Shown one piece after another: positions 1 through 11,066 of a DNA stretch of 64,000 bases. Position numbers and translations under genes: made by a program. The stretch is from an uncultured Chloroflexia bacterium (GTDB taxonomy: Bacteria; Chloroflexota; Anaerolineae; B4-G1; SLSP01), in contig CAVVUS010000011.1 of NCBI GenBank assembly GCA_963751345.1, positions 128,001 to 192,000 on the forward strand, written 5' to 3'. The notes below the pieces were generated by a model. That model searched no databases. It saw only the letters and a program-made list of their open reading frames with translations, and was not told the DNA's origin. The first letter of the stretch is position 1, and every line of letters starts with the position of its first letter.

Positions 1-203
1 CGTCGCTCGTCGCGTCTCTCATCGGGAGGCGTTGGGCCGGGCGCCGCGAGGATGCGGATGGTGGCGGGAAGGCCGCTCCTTCATTGCCGACGGTGTCGTC
101 AGTGACGCCGTCACCACTGACGACGCAGTCGTCGTCGATCCGGCCGAAGTGGTATCTGAGTATGCGCGAACTGACACTACTGCATTCAGGGGTGAGAAGA
201 TGA
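1..203 (+). CDS. 3' end of an unidentified CDS (partial)
   Basis: Frame is open from position 3 to TGA 201-203, which overlaps the ATG of the next gene (ATGA coupling); no recognisable motif. Confidence 0.3.
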   Translation, partial: SLVASLIGRRWAGRREDADGGGKAAPSLPTVSSVTPSPLTTQSSSIRPKWYLSMRELTLLHSGVRR

Positions 204-1144
204 CAGAGAGCACGGATCTTGAGGGTAAGGCGATGGTGGTGACCGGGGCGACGTCGGGCATTGGGTTGGCTGCCCTGGGAGCTTTGGTGGCACGCGGTGC
301 CTTTGTCGTGGGCGTTGGGCGCTCGGAGCTGCGCTGCCGGGAGGCCGAGCAGAGCGTCTTGGCCGCTCACCCCGAAGCAGCCGTGACCTTTTGCGTGGCC
401 GATCTCGCGTCACAGCATCAGGTGCGGGGCTTGGCCGACCAGATCGCGGCGCGCCTGACGGCTGCCGGTTACGCCGGACTCGACGTACTGGTCAACAACG
501 CCGGCACGGTGTCGAGCTGGTTTGTGGCCACGGAGGATGACTATGAGCTGCAGTTCGCGGTCAACCACTTGGCGCCCTTCTTGCTGACGCACGACTTACT
601 GCCGCTGCTGCGGAGAGTCCCAGAGGCCCGCGTGATCGTCGTCAGTTCGGGCTCGCACCGGCGGGGGAAGATGCACTGGAAGGACGTGATGCTGCGGCGC
701 CATTACAGCATCCTGAAGGCCTATAAGCAGTCCAAGCTCGCCAACGTGCTCTTTGTGGCGGAGCTGAACCGGCGTCTGGGCCAGGATGCATCGATTCGTG
801 CCTACGCCGCCGATCCCGGGCTGGTGAATACCGAGATGGGGTTCAAGGGCACAGGGGGGCTCGCCCGTTGGGTCTGGGAGAGGCGTAGGGGCGGTGGCGT
901 CAGCCCGGAGGAGGCTGCCAGGACCGTGGTCTTCCTGGCTACGGATCCCGAGGCGCAGTCGTCCCGCGGCATCTACTGGAAAGCGTGTCGCCCTGTCCGG
1001 CCCAGCAGAAGGGCGATGCGCCGAGAGGATGCGGCGCGACTGTGGGACCTCTCCTGCAGGCTCTGCGGCATCCCTTGGGAGCCACAGGCGGTGCCAGACG
1101 ACGCGGCGGCGCTGAGCTTGACCCTGGGGCATGGTGCCGTATAA
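200..1144 (+). CDS. Short-chain dehydrogenase/reductase (retinol dehydrogenase/WWOX-like)
   Basis: TGATSGIG Rossmann motif, NNAG, FAVNHLAPF, YKQSKLAN catalytic YxxxK; ATG at 200 chosen over the longer ORF start. Confidence 0.9.
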   Translation: MTESTDLEGKAMVVTGATSGIGLAALGALVARGAFVVGVGRSELRCREAEQSVLAAHPEAAVTFCVADLASQHQVRGLADQIAARLTAAGYAGLDVLVNNAGTVSSWFVATEDDYELQFAVNHLAPFLLTHDLLPLLRRVPEARVIVVSSGSHRRGKMHWKDVMLRRHYSILKAYKQSKLANVLFVAELNRRLGQDASIRAYAADPGLVNTEMGFKGTGGLARWVWERRRGGGVSPEEAARTVVFLATDPEAQSSRGIYWKACRPVRPSRRAMRREDAARLWDLSCRLCGIPWEPQAVPDDAAALSLTLGHGAV

Positions 1145-1186
1145 CACGCACAGAACCCAGGCCGGCTTAGCGAGGAAGAAGATACT

Positions 1187-2360
1187 ATGGAATTCGATTT
1201 CGCCGATATCCCCGTTGTCGATGGCCACATTCACTTCGGTGAGCCCGGACGGATGGATGACATTCTCAAGATCATGGACATTGTGCCCTTCACCAGGGTG
1301 AACCTCGTGAGCGTGCCCCATCCCGCCATGCTCAACCAGAACGCCGCCCTGATCTACTTCAAGGCTACCACGGGAGACAAGGCCTATCTCTCGGGCGGGC
1401 TGGACTACAGCGAGGTCGTGGCTGACCATCTGCAGCCCGGAGAGGATTGGGGCCAGGTGGACTGGGAGCGTGTCGATCCTGAGGCAATGTCGGCAACGCT
1501 TGGACGCCAGATCGCCACGCTGAAGGCGATGGGCTTCGACGGGCTCAAGCTTATCGAGGGAAAGCCGACATTTCGCAAGCAGGTCCCGATCCCGCTCGAT
1601 GCGCCCCACTATGAGGGGATGTGGGCGGCGCTCGAGGCACAGGAGATGCCGGTCATCTTCCACGTTGCCGATCCGGAGGAAGACTGGGACGAGGCGCACG
1701 CCACCCCTTGGGCCAAGGAACACGGCTGGTTCTACGGCGATGGGACATTCCCAACCAAGGAGGCCCTGTACGCGGAGGTGGACGCCGTTCTCGCCCGCCA
1801 CCCAGGTCTCAAGCTCGTCTTCGCCCATTTCTACTTCCTGTCCGCAGACCTCGAACGAGCCGCGAGCTTCTTCGATCGCCATCCCCGCGTCTGCTTCGAT
1901 CTGACGCCGGGCAACGAGATGATCAGCAACTTCACCCGCAACTATGATGCCGCGCGGGATTTCTTCATGACGTATCAGGATCGGTTGGTGTACGGTACCG
2001 ATATCGCGACGTGGGGATTGCAGCGCGAGGGGGGGATGGCCCACGCGCTGGGCACCGCCTGGGCTGTGCGAATGTACCTTGAGAAGGACGACGTCTTCGA
2101 GCCGCCGGAGGCGTTGTCGCACTGGCGTGAGGCGGACCTCGATGGGTTCCGCGGCTTCGCGCTCCCACGTGACGTGCTGGAACGCATCTACCACGGCAAC
2201 TTCGAACGCGTCTTTGGCAAGGCTGCCCGCCCCACTCAACCGGGATGCTGCGACGGTGGAGCTGATGCGGATGGCGAGCCAGATCGACCGGCAGGCCGGG
2301 GAGGCAGGGGGTATCAATCCCGCGCGCGAGGTCCTGCAGGCGCTCGGGAGGGACGGATGA
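1187..2360 (+). CDS. Amidohydrolase_2-family metal-dependent hydrolase (frameshift near 2225)
   Basis: DGHIH, FHVADP, AHF and YGTD motifs; the C-terminus continues in the 2079..2360 frame and its stop overlaps the next ATG. Confidence 0.8.
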
Positions 2361-3482
2361 AGACGTACCGCGTTGGTATCATCGGCTTTGCACACATGCA
2401 TGTGAATGAGGTCGCGGTCCACTATGCAGAGCATCCTCAGGTCGAGTGGGTCGCCTGTGCTGACACGGTGCCACTCCGACCCGAGCTGCGGGATGTACCC
2501 TATACCAGGGTCTGGAATATGCAGCACGCCCTGAAGCATTTCGGGATTCCCAAAGGCTACGATGACTACCGTGAGATGCTCGATCAGGAGGAATTCGACC
2601 TGATCATCGTGCAGTCGGAGAACGCCCAGCATGCCGACATCGTCGAAGCCTGTGCTGCTCGGGGCGTCAATTGCCAAGTGGAGAAGCCGATGGCGCCCTC
2701 GCTTCCCGATGCTCTCCGGATGGTCAGGGCCGTCAAAGCTGCCGGGACCGCGATCTTCATCAACTGGCCCTTGACGTGGTCCACGGCGGCGCGGAAGGCG
2801 AAGGAGCTGGTGGATGCGGGCGTGATTGGTCGAGTCCTTGAAGTGAAGTGGCGTGCCGGGCACACGGGTCCCCTGGGCCTCTGGCACCATGCATTTGGGG
2901 ATGAGCGACGAGATGGCGCCCATGACCGGTCCGGAGCGGGGAGCAACGTGGTGGCATCAGGCCGACGCGGGCGGTGGGGCTATGTTGGACTACTGCAGCT
3001 ACGGCTCTATGGTGTCACGCTGGTATATCGGGGAGCAGGCGACTGCCGCACTGGGTCTCAAGGCAAACCTCGACAGCCACTGGGGGGACGCTGATGACAA
3101 TGCGGCTATGCTGGTCCGGTTCCCAGGCGCCATGGCAGTGCTGGAGGGGTCGTGGACCACGTGGGATCACGGCTTCCCCATCGGATCGATCCTCTACGGC
3201 ACGACGGGCACGCTCGTGGCAGAAAGGACGGATGACGAGCAGTCTGTCCGCGTCGAGCGCGGGCACGGACGGACGGAGATCTACCCGCCGGATCCGTTGC
3301 CGGAGGGCCGCGAGGACGTGGCTGCGGAGATCGTGCACCATCTGGAGACGGGCGATCCTGTGCACCAGACGATGGAGATGATGTTCAACCTCGAGGCCAT
3401 GGCCATTCTCGATGCCGGCGTTCGCTCGGCTGCTACCGGCAAACTGGAGGCTGTGGACAGCGCCACCTGGTGCATCGGATAG
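2357..3482 (+). CDS. Gfo/Idh/MocA-family oxidoreductase (frameshift near 2880)
   Basis: MKTYRVGIIGFAHMH, EKPMA, GGGAMLDY; colinear paralog of 3563..4675. Confidence 0.85.
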
Positions 3483-3562
3483 GCCACGACGACGGTTCGA
3501 GGTTGACAAGGGTTCGAACATCGGGACCTTCGAGGTCCTCTCGCACACAAGGAGGCATACCA

Positions 3563-4675
3563 ATGACCAGAACCTACCGACTCGGCGTGCTCGGTTTCGC
3601 CCATATGCACGTCAGAGACCTGATGGAGCCGTTCACGGCTCTGCCCAACGTGGAGTGGGTGGCCTGTGCCGACACGGTCCCCAGCGTGCCGACGACGGCA
3701 CAGAAGCCGGCCAGCCGGCCGGCGAACATGCGGTACGCACAGGAGAGGACCGGCATCTCGAGGGTGTACGCGGATTACCACGAGATGCTCGACCAGGAGG
3801 AGCTGGACATCGTCATCTTCTGCCCGGAGAACGCGCAGCACGGCGAGGTCGCCGAGGCGCTCGCCGCCAGGGGCATCCATATGGTCACGGAGAAGCCTAT
3901 GGCTGCGACGCTGTCCGAGGCGCTGAGGATGGCCAGAGCCGCCAGGGCGAACGACGTCACCCTCATCGTCAACTGGCCGATCGCCTGGGCGCCAGGGGTG
4001 CGCAAGATGAAATCCCTGATCGATGCGGGTGAGATCGGCGACCTCTGCGAGGTGAAATGGCGCAACGGGTCGTCGATGGGGCCGCTGTCGTACTCGGTCG
4101 GCGCGGATGCCTGGACCGACTCGGAGAAGGGCGCTGAGTGGTGGCATCACGCCGCTGCCGGCGGGGGGGCGCTCTTCGATTACTGCTCGTACGGTGCCTG
4201 TCTTTCGCGTTGGCTCATTGGGGAGCCGGCGGTGGCGGCCATCGCCATGAAAGCGAATATCGCCAGCCACTACGGAGATGCGGATGACAACGCCGTTATC
4301 ACGGTGCGCTTCCCCCGGTCGCTCGCGGTCCTGGAAGGCACATGGACCTCGTTGAGTCCCGGCCCGGACGCCAGCATGATCGCCTATGGGACGGAGGGCA
4401 CGATGGTTGCCGGGCGCGGCGACGTCAGGATCTACACCACACGCAGCTACTATGCCCTGGAGCCCGACCGTGTCATCGAGGCGGAGCCCCTGCCTGAGGG
4501 CCGCGCGACGCTTGCCGAGGAGTTCATCCACCACCTGGAGACCGGCGAACCGCTCCATCCCACACTGCAGTTGGACTTCAATCTTGAGGCGATGGCGATC
4601 CTGGACGCAGGGGTCCGCTCCGCTGCCAGCGGCAAGCTGGAGACGGTTGACAACGCCACGTGGCGTATTGGGTAG
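3563..4675 (+). CDS. Gfo/Idh/MocA-family oxidoreductase
   Basis: RBS AGGAGG; GVLGFAHMH, EKPMA, GGGALFDY. Confidence 0.9.
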   Translation: MTRTYRLGVLGFAHMHVRDLMEPFTALPNVEWVACADTVPSVPTTAQKPASRPANMRYAQERTGISRVYADYHEMLDQEELDIVIFCPENAQHGEVAEALAARGIHMVTEKPMAATLSEALRMARAARANDVTLIVNWPIAWAPGVRKMKSLIDAGEIGDLCEVKWRNGSSMGPLSYSVGADAWTDSEKGAEWWHHAAAGGGALFDYCSYGACLSRWLIGEPAVAAIAMKANIASHYGDADDNAVITVRFPRSLAVLEGTWTSLSPGPDASMIAYGTEGTMVAGRGDVRIYTTRSYYALEPDRVIEAEPLPEGRATLAEEFIHHLETGEPLHPTLQLDFNLEAMAILDAGVRSAASGKLETVDNATWRIG

Positions 4676-4682
4676 GCAAGCT

Positions 4683-5726
4683 ATGGATGAAGTACGAGCC
4701 GCCGTCGTGGGTCTTGGTATCGGTCGGGCGAATGGACGTTCGCTGCAGAAGAACCCGAGGTGCCGCGTTACCGCCATCTGCGACATCATCGAGTGGAAGA
4801 TGGACGACTACGCGGACGAGCTGCCGGAACCCGTCAAGAAGTACGTGGACTACCGAGAGCTCTGTGAGGATCCTGACATCGACGCCGTGATGGTCGCAAC
4901 GCCGAACCCGGTGCACGTTCCCGTCGCGCTGGAGGCGGTCAAGCACGGGAAACACGTGCTGGTCACAAAACCGCTGGCCGATTCCGAGGAGGCGGCCCGC
5001 GAGTTGGTCGAGGCGGCGGAGGCTGCGGGCGTGGTCAACATGATGTCGCTGGGCATCCGCTTCAGCACGCCCACGATGTACCTCAAGGGGTTGCTGGACC
5101 GGGGTGATCTCGGCGACCTCTACTACGCGCGCGCTCGCAGCGTGCGTCGCAGTGGGATCCCGGATTGGAACTCGGCGTTTATCGAGCCGGGCGGTGGTGC
5201 CTTCCGCGACATGGGGGTTCACGTGCTCGACACCGTCTGGTGGCTGTTGGGAAAGCCCAAGCCTGTCAGCGTGGTCGGGGTGGGTGGGGCCAAGTTCGGC
5301 CCTCACGGCGAGGGCTACTGGGACTTCAGGGTCCCGCCTGGTGCCTATTCCGATCTGTTTGGGGTGGACGACTATGCGGGCGGTTTCATCCGCTTCGAGG
5401 GCGATGTCGGGCTCCAGATCGAGAGCTTCTGGGCATGTCATCAGCACCCAACGGAAGAGACGCAGGTGGAGCTTTTCGGCACCGAGGCCGGCGCACGTCT
5501 ACGTCCATTGACGATCTACCGCACCGTTGATGGCGTGCCACAGGACACGGAGGTGACGTTCCCCACGATGTCGCAAGGATTCGACATGGTGGCGGACCAC
5601 TTCGTCGAGTGTATCCTTGACGGCGTGGCATGTGAGGCGCCACTGCGCCACGGGTTGATCGTTCAACAGATGATGGAAGGGTTGCTCCGGAGTGCTAAGA
5701 CGGGACGAGAGGTCCGTTGGGACTAG
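4683..5726 (+). CDS. Gfo/Idh/MocA-family oxidoreductase
   Basis: VVGLGIG, VATPN.H, KHVLVTKP, GGGAFRDMGVH. Confidence 0.9.
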   Translation: MDEVRAAVVGLGIGRANGRSLQKNPRCRVTAICDIIEWKMDDYADELPEPVKKYVDYRELCEDPDIDAVMVATPNPVHVPVALEAVKHGKHVLVTKPLADSEEAARELVEAAEAAGVVNMMSLGIRFSTPTMYLKGLLDRGDLGDLYYARARSVRRSGIPDWNSAFIEPGGGAFRDMGVHVLDTVWWLLGKPKPVSVVGVGGAKFGPHGEGYWDFRVPPGAYSDLFGVDDYAGGFIRFEGDVGLQIESFWACHQHPTEETQVELFGTEAGARLRPLTIYRTVDGVPQDTEVTFPTMSQGFDMVADHFVECILDGVACEAPLRHGLIVQQMMEGLLRSAKTGREVRWD

Positions 5727-5763
5727 CGAGCCGGATGCCCCAGAGCTATAGGACCGCCATGTC

Positions 5764-6264
5764 GTGAGCAAATCCGAGATTCCAATGACACGCGGCGTAC
5801 GGGTGCTGCAGAGCAAGAAGATCCCGTTTGTTCCCCACGAGTACCCATTCGAGGTGCACGGTGGCACCCGCCACGCGGCGGCGTGCCTCGAGGTCGACGA
5901 GCACGCCGTGATCAAGACCCTGGTGATGGAGCCGGACGTCGGGAAGCCGTTCCTGGTCCTGATGCACGGTGACCGGGAGGTCTCTACAAAGAGCCTGGCA
6001 CGCGCCTTGGGGACAAAGTCGGTCGCGCCGTGCGCCGTCGAAAAGGCCGAGCGTGTCACAGGTTACCGGGTGGGCGGCATCAGTCCGTTCGGGACGCGCC
6101 AACCGCTGCCGGTCTACGTCGAAGCCGGGGTGCTGGGGCTGCCGCGGATCTACATCAACGGTGGCAAGCGTGGCTTCCTGGTCGAGATCGACCCCACCGA
6201 CCTGCGGAGGGCCTTCCCGATTCGAGAAATCGAGGCGGCGATCGAACCACAGCACGGCGGATGA
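5764..6264 (+). CDS. ybaK: YbaK/EbsC-family aminoacyl-tRNA deacylase
   Basis: VIKTLV, TGYRVGGISPFG, INGGKRG motifs. Confidence 0.85.
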   Translation: MSKSEIPMTRGVRVLQSKKIPFVPHEYPFEVHGGTRHAAACLEVDEHAVIKTLVMEPDVGKPFLVLMHGDREVSTKSLARALGTKSVAPCAVEKAERVTGYRVGGISPFGTRQPLPVYVEAGVLGLPRIYINGGKRGFLVEIDPTDLRRAFPIREIEAAIEPQHGG

Positions 6265-6307
6265 CTGACCCACGTTGTCGAGCTAGGGAAGAGAGGGAGA
6301 TAGGGGA

Positions 6308-7112
6308 ATGATAGAGCTACCTACTACGGTATTGGGGCGGACGGGCCTGAAGGTGACCCGGCTCGGCATCGGCGGCGCCTACTGCGAATCGGCCGATGAC
6401 TACCGCGCGGCGTTGGACCTCGGCGTCACCTATCTGGACACGGCCAGGAACTACCGAGACGGCGATGATGAACGCGTGATCGGCGAGGCGATCTCCGGTC
6501 GCCGGCACGAGATCGTGCTTGCCTCAAAGAGTGACAAGCGCGATGCGCAGGGCGCCAGAGGAGACCTGGAGACCTCGCTACGACTCCTCGGGACGGACTA
6601 TCTCGACGTCTGGCAGATCCACTACCTGAACACGGCGGAGGAGCGCGAGAAGGTATTGGGTCCGGGTGGCGCATATGAGGCTGCGGTCAAGGCTCGCGAG
6701 CAGGGGCTCGTGCGCTTCATCGGGGTCACGGGCCACGTCTGGCCCGAAGTCGCCAAGGCGGTGGCGACCGGGCTATTCGATACCGTTCTCTGCTGGTACA
6801 ACTGCGCCAAGCCCGAGCCGGAGACGACCGTCTTCCCGGAGGCCGCCGCCCACGGGACGGGGGTCGTCATCATGAACGCGACGAGCACCGACAAGCTACT
6901 CGAGGCCGATGACGTGCCCCCGCTGCCCGGGTTCTACCGTTATGTGCTCGGCTCATCCCACAGTCAACGTCGTCCTGCGCGGGCTGCGCGACGTGGCGCC
7001 CTTCCGGCAGGTCGCCGAGGCACTGGCCGAGCGGGCCACGCTCGCGCCCGGCGAGAAAGAGCGATATGAGGCCTACGGCGCGCGCATGCGGGCCGCAGGC
7101 AAGTTGGGGTAA
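6308..7112 (+). CDS. Aldo/keto reductase (frameshift near 6950)
   Basis: LGRTGLKVTRLGIG, DTARNY, LETSLRLLGTDYLD, GLVRFIGVTGH. Confidence 0.85.
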
Positions 7113-7217
7113 GCAGCCGATTCAGGACTGAGCCCGGCAGCAGCCGACGTCGCCCTGGGGAGTATCTGAGAACACAGACCCCGGAGCATTGGCTGCAGCC
7201 TGAGATTGAGGATCCTG

Positions 7218-7246
7218 CGCAGCCCCCGGTGTTTCCGGGGGCTGCG
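7218..7246. terminator. GC-rich hairpin between convergent genes, probable terminator
   Basis: CGCAGCCCCCGG-TGTTT-CCGGGGGCTGCG, a 12-bp perfect stem. Confidence 0.55.
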
Positions 7247-7299
7247 TGCATGGTGTGCAGCCGGCAGTAGGGTCGGACGCGGTGACCCTGAGCCGGAGT

Positions 7300-8908
7300 C
7301 TACGGGGTGGGGGTGGCGGCTGGTGCGGGCAGGAACGACCAGACGGTCGTAATGCCGACGCCCTTCACATAGACCCAACCGTCGTACGCCGCCGGCTTGT
7401 AGGCGAAGTTGCCCTCCGGTGCCACTAGCGGGATCATCGGCACGACGTTGGAGAACGTCATTTGGACGTTGCCGCTGGCCACATCCAGCGCTGATGGATC
7501 GACCGTCAAGGCGTATTGGGCCATCTCGCTCTGCAGTTGGGCATCGACCAGCCCTGAGAGATTCGCCCACCCGAGGGTTGCGGGATCCGCGATCATGTAC
7601 TGCAAGAACCCACGCTGGAGCTGGGTCTCGCGGGACCAACGCCAGATCGCGATGTCGTAGTTCGGGTTGGCCACGGCGACGTGATTTGGCCAGATGGCGC
7701 TGGTTTCGGTGGTCAGGTCCTGGCAATCCTGGTGCGCCCCGATCCCGACGTCCTTGAGCCAACCCACGATCAGGTCAGTCGCCTGAACCTCGAATGGGTC
7801 GTTGGAATCGCAGAGGATCGCGAAATCGGTTGGCGCCCCGTCCCACTCGCGAATGCCGTCCCCGTTGCTGTCCGTCACGCCCACAAACTCCAGGAGCGCC
7901 TGAGCAGCGACCGGATCATAGTCGTACGGGACATCGATGGCCCAGGGCAGTTCCGGATCATAGTAGCTGGAGGGGAGCGCCGTACCGTGGCCCTGCAGAA
8001 CGGTATCGACAAGCGTCTGGGAATCGATGGCCAATAGGATGGCCTCCCGCATCTTGTTCTGATCGAAGGGGGGACGCGAGCCATTGGTGTAGAGTACGTA
8101 GTTGGTGAAATCCGAACCCGCAGATAGTTGGACGCCCGTCGTGCCTGTCAGGCCGGCGAGTTGATCGGGCGTGGCCGAGGAGAGCATTGCGGCCACCTGC
8201 CGCGAGCCAAGTTGTTCGACCTGTTGTGCCGGATCCGTCACGACCTTGGCGACGATGCCGGGAACTTGCGGCTGGCCGCGAAAGTAGTCTGGGTTGGCCT
8301 CAAATGTGTACGATTGGCCCGCCACGACCTCGGTAAGTTTGTAGGCACCGGTCCCGATGGTGCCCTGGAAATCGATCGGCGCACCGCTCACTGCTTGCTG
8401 ATTCCCCCAGAGGTGCTGGGGCATAATGTAGTAGTGGGCCAGCACGTCGTTCATGAAGAATGCGTAAGGCTGCGATAGGTTAATGATGAGCGCGAAATCG
8501 CCGCGAGCCTCCATACTGTCGATGACCGAGAGATTCCTTGCCTGTCCCGGAGTCTTTGAGGAACTGGTAGCTGAAAATGACGTCCTGCGCGGTGAAGGGT
8601 TGGCCGTCATGCCATCTGACGTCGTTCCGCAGCGCGATCTGCCAGGTGAGTCCATCGGTGCTCAGGGTCGCGTTCGTCGCGAGCGATGGAATCGGGTTCA
8701 AATCAGGGTCGAGGGTGTACAGGGAGTCGTAAACCCACCCGAGCATCCAGTAACCTGTGTCGGTATTATAGTTCACCGGTGTGAGCAGCCCTTCATCGCT
8801 GCCGATAATCACGGTAAGGGGACCTGACTGTACTGGGGCTCCACAGGCCGAGAGGATCAAACTGGCCGTGAAAAACACGGCGACAAGTATCAAGGTGCGG
8901 CGTTTCAT
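7300..8908 (-). CDS. ABC transporter substrate-binding lipoprotein, family 5 (peptide/nickel type; frameshift near 8550)
   Basis: Lipobox LSACG; YDSLY, DGLTW, LRNDVRWHDGQPFTAQDV, GTGAYKL, ANPDYF. Confidence 0.85.
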
Positions 8909-9061
8909 CTGAACTCCTCCACTCATCATTGATGCCTCAGCTCGAGAGGCTATGGGCCCACATTCTACCACAGAAGACGGCTCTGCTGTCAGTACCGCTA
9001 AGTGGTGCGCTCCAGGCTAGGCCGAAGTACCGGAATTTGTACAATATATATCATATAATTA

Positions 9062-9090
9062 TTGACAAAACCTATGCATTGCCGTATAAT
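9062..9090 (+). promoter_or_regulatory. Consensus sigma70 promoter upstream of the TspO-like gene
   Basis: TTGACA-N17-TATAAT with an AT-rich upstream tract in otherwise high-GC DNA. Confidence 0.85.
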
Positions 9091-9145
9091 GAAGCTATAC
9101 GATGGGTCAATTGGACCCAGAAATGCGATGCTTAAGGAGAGAGTC

Positions 9146-9917
9146 ATGGCTAAGAGAACTCTGTGGCCCTGGATAAACTTGGCGGTTACGATCGCCACGA
9201 TCGCGATTAATGGTCTGGCTGAAGCCCTTCCGATCAACGGTCTGAGCACCGGCGAGATCTCCGACAGTTACCCGATCTACTTTGTGCCGGCGGGTTACGT
9301 CTTCTCTATCTGGGGCGTCATTTATCTGGCCCTGATCGCGTTCTCGATCTACCAGGTGCTACCCTCGCAGAGGGCAAACGTACATATCCAGCGCATTGGC
9401 GTGTTGTACACGCTCACGGGGGCGGCCAACGTTGCGTGGATCTTCCTGTGGCACTATGAGCGCTTCCTGGTGACGGTGCCTGTGATCCTGGTGCTCCTGG
9501 GTTCCCTTATCGCGATCTTTCTCAAGCTCTGGGCAGGCAGGACGTCGCTCACGACGGCCGATCGATGGGCCATTTATCGTTCCCTTCAGCATCTATCTTG
9601 GCTGGGCCAGCGTCGCCACGGTGGCGAACGTCAGCCAGTTGCTGTACTATCTCAACTGGGGGGGCTGGGGGATCAGCCCTGTCGTCTGGGCGGTCGTGAT
9701 GTTGGTCGTGGCTGCAGCCATTGCGGTGGTGATGAGCCTGCGCCACGCCAACGTCTCGTTTGCAGCAGTCTTCGTGTGGGCGTACATCGGCATCGCGGTC
9801 AAGCAGAGCGGGACGCCCACGGTGTCGATTACTGCGGCGGTTCTGGCGGGTGTCATCCTGGCTGCGCTGGTCGTGAGTCTCCCGCGTCGTCGGCGCCTTT
9901 GGTCCACTAGCGCGTAG
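9146..9917 (+). CDS. TspO/MBR-like tryptophan-rich sensory membrane protein (frameshift near 9575)
   Basis: ISDSYP.YFVPAGYVFSIWGVIY, ANVAWIFLWHY; SIYLGW..VATVAN after frame correction. Confidence 0.8.
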
Positions 9918-9961
9918 TCTTCCAGCTCGAGAGGACCGGCATTCCGGACCTAGCGAAGGTG

Positions 9962-9999
9962 GCCCGAGCCCGACATGCTGCCGTCGGGCTCGGGCTCTT
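9962..9999 (+). terminator. Hairpin, probable terminator of the TspO-like gene
   Basis: GCCCGAGCCCGAC...GTCGGGCTCGGGC 13-bp stem followed by TCTT. Confidence 0.5.
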
Positions 10000-10113
10000 A
10001 TGCTCGTAGGGTTACCGCCGTTGGGGGCGTAGGGTGATGGATCCGTTGCTCGATCCCGATCTTCCTGCTCTTCGTGGTCAGCGTGGGACCTCCCAAGCCG
10101 GACCGTTCTGACC

Positions 10114-10973
10114 ATGATGCTGACTCTTCGTCCGATGACGCCGGCCGATATCCCGCTGGGGATGCGGCTCAAGGAGCAGGCCGGCTGGAACCAGACGTCC
10201 GCCGACTGGCAGATGCTGCTTGCGGCGGGCTCCGGCCTGGTCGCCGTCGTCGATGGCCTGGGCATTGGCACTGCCACGGTGGTTCCTTACGGGGATGCGT
10301 TCGCATGGATCGGTATGGTCCTCGTTGATTCTGACTACCGGCGCCAGGGGATCGGCACGGCACTGCTGCGGGCCGCGATCTCGTGTGCACGCGAGCACGG
10401 CGTCTGCCCGCCTGGACGCCACGCCGCAGGGCAGGCCGCTCTACGCGAGGATGGGGTTCGAGGACGAGGTCGAAATCGTGCGGATGGCGCGACCGGCGAC
10501 CGGGACGGGGCATACGCTCCCGGATGTGTCAGGCGACGTTCGCTGCCTGCCTATGACGGTCGACGTGCTGTCCGAGCTGTCGGAGTACGATGCGGCGGCC
10601 TTTGGCGCACCGCGCCGTGGGATTCTTGCGGCACTTTGGGAACGGGCGCCGGCCTACGCTCAGTGTGCGTGGCGGGACGGCGTGCTCGCCGGCTTCTGCA
10701 TGGGCCGGTCGGGGAGCACCTTGGAGCAGATCGGCCCCGTGGTTGCGGACGATGTGGACACGGCGCAGGCGTTATTCCGGGCCGCGTTGGCGCACGCCCC
10801 GTGACCGCGGCGTCATTGTCGACGTCCCTGTGCCCCAGCAGGCGTGGCGTGCCCGGCTTGCCGCGCTTGGCTTCGAGCGCCAGCGCGCGTTCACTCGGAT
10901 GACCCTGGGTGGCGATGGCGCCTTTGGACACCCAGCGGCGCAGTACGCGATGGCCGGCCCCGAGATCGGATAG
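10114..10973 (+). CDS. Two-domain GNAT N-acetyltransferase (YitH-like; two frameshifts)
   Basis: AGWNQT..DW, WIGMVLVD..YRRQGIG, LDATPQGRPLY, QIGPVVA, YAMAGPEIG. Confidence 0.85.
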
Positions 10974-10977
10974 CAGG

Positions 10978-11040
10978 AAGACCTTTGGGGTCTCTCTGTC
11001 GAGCAGAGCACTCGCTCGATAGAAAGACCCCAAAGGTCTT
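10978..11040. repeat. REP-like long palindrome, family A
   Basis: AAGACCTTTGGGGTCT...AGACCCCAAAGGTCTT, 16-bp perfect arms; related copy at 44935-44995. Confidence 0.75.
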
Positions 11041-11066
11041 TTCCGGGAGCGTATACAGGAGGTTTC

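Noticed and set aside
596-2923. Long antisense ORFs (e.g. 596..2923, 36283..38076, 23075..24559, 40002..41390)
   Set aside because: Shadow ORFs of high-GC coding strands with no recognisable motifs
1187-3094. Apparent amidohydrolase-Gfo/Idh/MocA fusion (635 aa)
   Set aside because: A frameshift near 2225 bypasses the true stop at 2360; the second gene has its own RBS and ATGA-coupled start
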